Positions 58,157 to 64,000 of a stretch of 64,000 bases of DNA are shown here, piece after piece. The notes under the pieces are model-generated. The model was not told the origin of the DNA. It made no database searches and worked only from the letters and a program-made list of their open reading frames with translations. The DNA comes from Dehalococcoidia bacterium (lineage in GTDB: Bacteria; Chloroflexota; Dehalococcoidia; GIF9; UBA5629). How positions within the stretch are numbered: the first letter of the stretch is position 1; each line of letters starts with the position of its first letter. Both the position numbers and the translations under genes were made by a program. Where the stretch lies: NCBI GenBank assembly GCA_050011565.1, contig JBEKIW010000004.1:1-64000 (forward strand), in the 5' to 3' direction.

Positions 58157-58181
58157 TGACGCTCAATTAACCGGTTGATGG

Positions 58182-58964
58182 ATGATAGACATGGCCGAGA
58201 TTGAGATACTGTGCTGGAATGTTAATGGTATCCGGGCGCTAAGGGGTAGGGGCTTTCTGGATTGGCTGCAGAAAGAATCTCCGGATATTCTTTGTCTTCA
58301 GGAAACGAAAGCACATCTTGACCAGCTTGATAATGATTTGCGTGAGCCGCCGAGCTATAAAACTTACTGGAATTATCCCGAAAGAAAAGGCTATGGGGGA
58401 GTTGCCACTTTTACCAAGACGGAGCCTGTCGCCGTGAAGTACGATCTTGAGCGTGTGGGGTTGGACCTAGAGGGGAGAGTCATAATAACTGAATATACTG
58501 ATTTCATTTTAATGAATATATATTTCCCAAACGGGAAAATGGGTGATGAGCGATTAAAATACAAGATGGATTTCTATGACGCTTTTCTTGATTTTACTGA
58601 TTCCCTGAAAGCAAAAGGAAGAAAGCTGATTATATGTGGCGATTTTAACACTGCCCATAAGGAGATAGACATAGCCAGACCGAAAGAGAATGAACGTGTC
58701 TCCGGATTCTTGCCCATGGAGAGAGCCTGGATGGACAAGTTTGTATCCCATGGTTATGTTGATACATTTCGCAATTTCAACAAAGAGCCGAATCAATATA
58801 CCTGGTGGGATATGAAGACAAGAGCCCGAGAGAGAAATGTGGGTTGGAGAATTGACTATTTTTTCGTAACTGAAAACCTGCTGCCGGCGGTTTCAAAGGC
58901 GTTTATTATGACCGAGGTGACAGGTTCTGACCATTGCCCCGCTGGAATAATATTGAAGCTATAA
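58182..58964 (+). CDS. xth: Exodeoxyribonuclease III
   Basis: WNVNGIRA, LQETK, GDFNTAH, GWRIDY, SDHCP. Confidence 0.96.
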   Translation: MIDMAEIEILCWNVNGIRALRGRGFLDWLQKESPDILCLQETKAHLDQLDNDLREPPSYKTYWNYPERKGYGGVATFTKTEPVAVKYDLERVGLDLEGRVIITEYTDFILMNIYFPNGKMGDERLKYKMDFYDAFLDFTDSLKAKGRKLIICGDFNTAHKEIDIARPKENERVSGFLPMERAWMDKFVSHGYVDTFRNFNKEPNQYTWWDMKTRARERNVGWRIDYFFVTENLLPAVSKAFIMTEVTGSDHCPAGIILKL

Positions 58965-59062
58965 GCTAAGGGGAGCAGCGCTACGACCTTCACCAATGTT
59001 GTGGCTGCGCCCGTCATCATAATATCCACCTGAGAAATAGCGGCACAAGTGATTGGACTCGC

Positions 59063-59830
59063 TTAAGTCGTCAATGTTCCGCCATCGACAACTATGGTTG
59101 TTCCGGTTACGTATCTGGAGGCATCAGAAGCCAGATAAATCATAGCGCCGACGATTTCATCAGGGTCGCCGATACGTCTCATCGGTACTCTCTCTAAAAA
59201 TACTTTTTTATAATCCGGCATTGCCTCGAAGATAGAATCACCGAGGCGTGTATGTATGTGACCGGGGGCTATGGCATTTACCCTTATATTATATTTAGCC
59301 CATTCCTCGGCCATAATTTTGGTCGCCTGTACTACAGCGGCCTTGCTGATTGAATACACACCGATATTAGGTTCGTGCATATAGCCATCTACTGAGGCAA
59401 CGTTGATAATAGTGCCGCCATGCTCCTTCATTATCTTGGCTACAGCCTGACTGAGGAATACCAGGCCCTTCAGATTTAGATTCATGATTGAATCCCATAG
59501 CCGTTCCTCTATGTCGAGCATCCCACTTAAGGCTGGGCTGGTGCCGGCATCATTTACCAATATATCAATTCTGCCGAACTCCTTGTGAACCGTCTGTACC
59601 AGGTTCTTTATCTGTTCCAGCTTGCCTACATGTGCTGCTACCGGAAGGGCTTTTCTCCCCAAGCCCCTTATCTCATCGGCTACTATTTCCAGGTCAGGAA
59701 GCGTTCGGCTGGCAATGGCAACATCGGCACCGGCTCTGGCAAAGCCGAGAGCAGTGGCTTTACCGATACCGCGACTGCCGCCGGTTATAAGAGCTACCTT
59801 CCCATCCAAAGAGAAGTCTGGTTGTGTCAT
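59063..59830 (-). CDS. Short-chain dehydrogenase/reductase
   Basis: TGGSRGIG, YSISK, IRVNAIAPG, VDGG. Confidence 0.92.
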   Translation of the reverse strand: MTQPDFSLDGKVALITGGSRGIGKATALGFARAGADVAIASRTLPDLEIVADEIRGLGRKALPVAAHVGKLEQIKNLVQTVHKEFGRIDILVNDAGTSPALSGMLDIEERLWDSIMNLNLKGLVFLSQAVAKIMKEHGGTIINVASVDGYMHEPNIGVYSISKAAVVQATKIMAEEWAKYNIRVNAIAPGHIHTRLGDSIFEAMPDYKKVFLERVPMRRIGDPDEIVGAMIYLASDASRYVTGTTIVVDGGTLTT

Positions 59831-60021
59831 TTCCTCACCTCATTGGAATATTTGATGTTTTCGATTTGATGCTCTCATGGAAAAACGAATAGCGGCCGTA
59901 ATATGTACATTATATTAAGTGCAGGTCAAGCAGCTAATTAAACTACGGGTTCTCTGAGATACCCGGTCAGCACTTTGCACAGAGCCTAAACCTTACTCAG
60001 CTAGCTTATATAAGGCCAAAT

Positions 60022-60447
60022 TTAATTGACGGTGATGGTGAGATTGAAAGTCCAAACGCCCTTCTCACCGCCTTCCCAGGGACGGCCGTATTCCATAGTT
60101 ATGGTACTGGTGCCCTTCTTAAGCGCTTTGAATGTCCAGACTTCATTGCCCGGGGCTCCTACGACGCCTGTTTTTTCCGGGGAAACGAACTCATGGCCTG
60201 TTTGCTGTACCACCGTTTGGTCGCTTATCTGTGCCGACTCGGACCACTGGAAGCCTGTTGTAGCGTTGGAGCACAGGGTTACTGTAAATGTATTGCCGGT
60301 AGCGACTGTCATCTGTTTGCTGACATGCGGTTGACTCTGAAGGTCGTCGCAAGAAACAGTCACCGATGTTCCTGTGGGTGGAGTACAGGCTGCCAGCCAC
60401 AACGATAGGATGAGCATTGCTAATACAGGTATCATTCTTAGCTTCAT
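60022..60447 (-). CDS. Chagasin-family (I42) protease inhibitor lipoprotein
   Basis: Lipobox LAAC, SNATTGFQW, VGAPG, YGRPWE; GGAGG RBS. Confidence 0.88.
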   Translation of the reverse strand: MKLRMIPVLAMLILSLWLAACTPPTGTSVTVSCDDLQSQPHVSKQMTVATGNTFTVTLCSNATTGFQWSESAQISDQTVVQQTGHEFVSPEKTGVVGAPGNEVWTFKALKKGTSTITMEYGRPWEGGEKGVWTFNLTITVN

Positions 60448-60648
60448 TTTGCTTACCTCCATGCTTTCATTGGCCTTTTTACACTCCATAATATTATAAC
60501 CTAGATAGACCAATTTTGCTTAGCGACGATATCCGGGCAGTGAAGTCTGGGGATAGACAAACGACCAAGCTAGCCGTTCTGGAGTTGGGTGTACAATTCT
60601 GGTTCTAAACGCGCAAATTTCTAGCAGATGGTGCAGAGGTATACTGGC

Positions 60649-60885
60649 TCAGCTAAGTTCCAGTACCGAATCTGGACTATTGAATGGTTCGCCGGTTGCT
60701 TGACTGTGTCCTATTGACCAAGGTGCTACTGTTTCACCGCAATACGGGCAACTTCTCATAGCGGGGTCAACATCAACATGGCAATGAACACATTTATGTG
60801 CCAAGCTCTCACCACAAAACCGGCAAAATAGCTGACCCCATCTGTTGGCTCCGCCGCATTTTGGACAAGCTAATATATGTTCCAT
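60649..60885 (-). CDS. Double zinc ribbon protein
   Basis: CPKC, CRFC, CVHC, CPYC. Confidence 0.7.
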   Translation of the reverse strand: MEHILACPKCGGANRWGQLFCRFCGESLAHKCVHCHVDVDPAMRSCPYCGETVAPWSIGHSQATGEPFNSPDSVLELS

Positions 60886-61181
60886 GCTCTTTTTCGTTCC
60901 CCGTTTGCCAATCTAATCAGCTACGCATTTTCCGACGCCAATTGGGTACGCGATTCGCACTAGCTGATTTACCCCGTTTTTGGCTTCTTCTATATACAAT
61001 AACGTGAATCAAAGCATTTTGGTTTAGGGACGATACTAATCACATTTATTGTTCACTTCGGTAAAAAAAGAGTATGAATTAGTTGGACAGTATTTTCCCG
61101 CAAAGAAAGAGTTAAATAAAAGCAATCGCAAAACAGGCAAAATGCTTTACGGCATGTTAAAATGTTAATCAGTTCAAGTTT

Positions 61182-61263
61182 GGGGAAGTGTCGGAACTGG
61201 CAGACGAGCATGACCTAGGATCATGTGCCGCAAGGCGTAGGGGTTCGAGTCCCCTCTTCCCCA
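61182..61263 (+). tRNA. tRNA-Leu(TAG); CCA not encoded
   Basis: GGGGAAG/CTTCCCC acceptor, CATGA-CCTAGGA-TCATG anticodon arm, variable arm GCCGCAAGGC, GTTCGAGTC. Confidence 0.9.
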
Positions 61264-61356
61264 GAATTGGATACAGTCCTACATATTTCTGTGCATCTGA
61301 TTTTTTACTGTGTATAAACTGAGTCGAGCAACAGTTAAAATTGGAAGGAGAAAGAA

Positions 61357-62115
61357 ATGGCTTATGAGAATCTGATATATGAAAAAAAGGATAGTGTGGC
61401 TAGGATAACTATCAATCGTCCCAGCGTGATGAATGCTATAACGCCGACGCTCTTAGCGGAAATGAAGGCGGCGGTGCTGGAAGCTGGGAAGGACAGCGAG
61501 ATAAAGGTGATAGTGCTCACCGGAGCCGGCCGTGCCTTTTCCGCGGGAGTGGATTTAATAGCTCTGGGAGACCGCAAACTGGAAAGAGGAAAGGTGGGGC
61601 CTATATTGGATGACCCGGCTAGAGCTCTTATAGACACCATACAGGAGGTTCCGAAGGTTGTCATAGCTATGGTCAACGGATTTTGCATAACTGGGGCCAT
61701 GGAAATCGTATTGGGCTGCGACCTGGTTGTGGCCGCGGAAGAAGCGAAATTCGGAGACACTCATGCCCGCTGGGGACTGCGACCTACCTGGGGCATGAGC
61801 CAGCGTTTGCCTCGCGCTATCGGAATGTTGAAGGCTAAAGAGCTATCATTCACGGCTGATTTGATTACAGGAAAGGAAGCACAGCAATTAGGCCTGGTAA
61901 ATATGGCAGTTCCGGCAGACAAACTGGAAGAGACTGTGCAAGAGCTGGTAAAGAAGTTGATGGCGAATAGCATGGCATCTCTGGCCGCTTACAAGTATCT
62001 TTACAATCAAGGCGCGAAAGATACACTGAAAAAGGGCCTGGAACTTGAAGCCAAGAGCGAGTTCGATATTAAGGATACAGAGGAGAGGCTGGCGAAGTTC
62101 AGGAAGAAAGACTAG
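61357..62115 (+). CDS. Enoyl-CoA hydratase/isomerase family protein
   Basis: INRP..MNA, AFSAGVDL, IAMVNG, KFGDTH. Confidence 0.92.
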   Translation: MAYENLIYEKKDSVARITINRPSVMNAITPTLLAEMKAAVLEAGKDSEIKVIVLTGAGRAFSAGVDLIALGDRKLERGKVGPILDDPARALIDTIQEVPKVVIAMVNGFCITGAMEIVLGCDLVVAAEEAKFGDTHARWGLRPTWGMSQRLPRAIGMLKAKELSFTADLITGKEAQQLGLVNMAVPADKLEETVQELVKKLMANSMASLAAYKYLYNQGAKDTLKKGLELEAKSEFDIKDTEERLAKFRKKD

Positions 62116-62163
62116 GCCTTAGCGCTGGCTTCGACATAGACCTGGTGCAATTAGCGTAAGGAA

Positions 62164-62907
62164 TCAAAACACAACCTGGCAATTAACGCCCTGTTTTTTA
62201 AAGGCTGAGGCAAGCTCTTTACCTGTCAGAGAAAAGAAATCATCGTTCATTGCACCCTCTAACTTACATTTCCGATATACCCAGTCGCTGTAGTGATAGT
62301 TCATTCTGTCAATCAATACGTAATCCACCTTTCCCGATAGTAAGGCAGACAGTTCCTCGGCATGGGGAAGCATCGGCGCAATCATGGCAAAAGTCCTGAT
62401 TCCCGCCTGATGTAGCTCATTCAGCGCGTTTATTCTTTCCTTAATCGGCGGCGTGTTTGGTTCGAAAAGTCGCCTTATATTATCATCTGCCGTAGTAACC
62501 GTTAGTCCAACTTCAATATCGCTAGCTTTTATAATCAATTCCTTATCACGTAAGACAAGCGGCGACTTGGTCTGGATGGTGATTGGCCAATCGTGTGCAA
62601 CCAAGATTTCAAGGCACTTTCTTGTCAGTTCATATTTTGCTTCTATCGGCTGATAGGCATCGCAGACTCCGCTTATCCACACCCTACCGCGTGGCTTCTT
62701 GTTTATCTCTTTCTGCAGCAGTTCCGGCGCATTAATCTTAACATCAACGAATTCGCCCCAAGGTTCAATGTGACCGGTGGTCCTTTTCATAAACCGGGCA
62801 TAGCAGTAAGTACAAGCATGCTGGCAGCCGGTATAGGCGTTGATGGTATAGTCGTAAACTTTTGATTTAGACAGGATACTTTTAGCGTAAATTTCTCGTA
62901 CAATCAT
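62164..62907 (-). CDS. Radical SAM protein (SPL-like / Rv2578c-type)
   Basis: YTGCQHACTYCYA, VKIN, DAYQPIE, FEP. Confidence 0.88.
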   Translation of the reverse strand: MIVREIYAKSILSKSKVYDYTINAYTGCQHACTYCYARFMKRTTGHIEPWGEFVDVKINAPELLQKEINKKPRGRVWISGVCDAYQPIEAKYELTRKCLEILVAHDWPITIQTKSPLVLRDKELIIKASDIEVGLTVTTADDNIRRLFEPNTPPIKERINALNELHQAGIRTFAMIAPMLPHAEELSALLSGKVDYVLIDRMNYHYSDWVYRKCKLEGAMNDDFFSLTGKELASAFKKQGVNCQVVF

Positions 62908-62978
62908 GGATACAGAACTTTCAACGATGAATATTGTTTGGCCTATTAATAGGTGTGTATGTGGGTGGTATGGTAAAG

Positions 62979-64000
62979 CTATACTTTACCGAATTGGATA
63001 CCGCATTTATATAGAATGAAAAGGGCTTTGATCGAGTCTCTTAGTGTAGGATATACCGGAAATCGCTCGTCCTCGAAAGCCTTTTTTACCATCAGATGAT
63101 ATCTTCTATCCTCTTCGTCCTCTGAATAGGCCTCCAGCGAAATGCATATCATCACGGGTTTGCCGATTTCATCCCGGGCATAGCGGCAGCCATTAACCAG
63201 GAGTTCAACAAGCTCCTTAAAGTGTGCTTCAAAAGCTCCACCCAGTACATGCCTGAGATAGTTAATCTCATCGAGGTGCAGTACTATTGAATGTATTTTG
63301 CTATCCTGAGCCAGGATTTTTATGACGTCGGCAAGATTACCTGATGTCCCCGACAAATTGTAGAATATAGGCCAGGCATCCAGGGGATTCCCGATGCTGG
63401 TTCCGGCTATCGGCACTATCTTCCTAAGTTCGGCTAATGTTTCTTTCTGGAATTGGGGAACTTCCAGTCCGGCCTTTACACACACGTCGGTTTCGAGCAC
63501 ACTGAAACCACCGGAGTTCGTAATAATAGTGGTGCCTTTTCCGGTAGGAAAGGGTGAAGAGGTGAGTGCTAAGGTACCGTTTAGTAATTCGTCGAAGTCC
63601 TCGACTTGGGTTACGCCGGTCTGTTTGAAAATCGAGCTCCAGATTTCCGGCGAACCGGCAAGTGAACCTGTATGAGAGGACGCAGCCCGGCTACCGTGCT
63701 CGGTTACACCGCCTTTTAAGGCCAGGATCGGTTTTTTCCTGGCAGCTTCAGCCAAAGCCGATTTGAGTCGCTTACCGTTTCTCGTACCTTCCATGTATAA
63801 AGCTATGACTTTAGTGTCGGGGTCGTCTGCAAGATATTCCAGAAAATCGGGACAGTCAAGGTCTACGGCATTACCGTAGCTGATTACCTTACTAAACTTC
63901 AGGTTTCTTATCTTCCCGAGGTTCAGGAATTCTACCCCAAAGGTGCCGCTTTGCGAAATGACTCCTATCGAACCTTCTTCAAACGAGGCATTGAAAGTGA
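62979..64000 (-). CDS. NDP-forming acyl-CoA synthetase alpha-like subunit, 5' end outside the window
   Basis: Frame is open to the edge: GVISQSG, SYGNAVD, YMEG, ASSHTGSLAG, NSGG, GNPLD. Confidence 0.88.
   Translation of the reverse strand, partial: TFNASFEEGSIGVISQSGTFGVEFLNLGKIRNLKFSKVISYGNAVDLDCPDFLEYLADDPDTKVIALYMEGTRNGKRLKSALAEAARKKPILALKGGVTEHGSRAASSHTGSLAGSPEIWSSIFKQTGVTQVEDFDELLNGTLALTSSPFPTGKGTTIITNSGGFSVLETDVCVKAGLEVPQFQKETLAELRKIVPIAGTSIGNPLDAWPIFYNLSGTSGNLADVIKILAQDSKIHSIVLHLDEINYLRHVLGGAFEAHFKELVELLVNGCRYARDEIGKPVMICISLEAYSEDEEDRRYHLMVKKAFEDERFPVYPTLRDSIKALFILYKCGIQFGKV

Noticed and set aside
60022-60447. Chagasin as cognate inhibitor of the C25 protease
   Set aside because: I42 inhibitors target papain-like clan CA enzymes, and the gene is 50 kb away.
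60520-60651. UGA readthrough of the zinc-ribbon ORF 60649-60885
   Set aside because: The frame stays open ~42 codons, but there is no SECIS-like hairpin or redox motif.
1-64000. CRISPR array, cas genes, rRNA, reductive dehalogenase
   Set aside because: No regularly spaced repeats or diagnostic motifs seen by eye.

Overview
Bacterial chromosomal window that looks like Dehalococcoidia (Chloroflexota). This is inferred from gene content and style: a minimal mraZ-rsmH-ftsA-ftsZ cluster, class II RNR, many zinc-ribbon and CARDB membrane proteins, and a serine recombinase reading into a tRNA. The left ~20 kb is an accessory mosaic ending at a large serine recombinase that overlaps tRNA-Lys. It holds two orphan tRNA 3' halves, a variant c-di-GMP-II riboswitch with terminator ahead of a 1213-aa gingipain-like C25 protease, a STAND-type class III nucleotide cyclase and gene remnants. 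The middle is mostly housekeeping (tRNA-Gly, tsaA, nrdR-nrdJ, cell division, trmD-rplS-priA-def, comEC/comEA, smpB-ssrA). It is interrupted by a 2.2-kb IS6-family element with TIRs, a perfect 8-bp TSD and two passenger genes, followed by an orphan ~115-nt structured RNA and a GAF-nuclease-HPRT fusion. The right part carries the full selenocysteine machinery (Sec-containing selD, selA, selB, selC). The strongest novel signals are (i) two unannotated candidate selenoproteins with SECIS-like hairpins, a zinc-ribbon membrane protein abutting selB and a 52-aa CC...GCU peptide next to tRNA-Lys, and (ii) the variant riboswitch-protease unit. All calls were made by eye, with no database searches.
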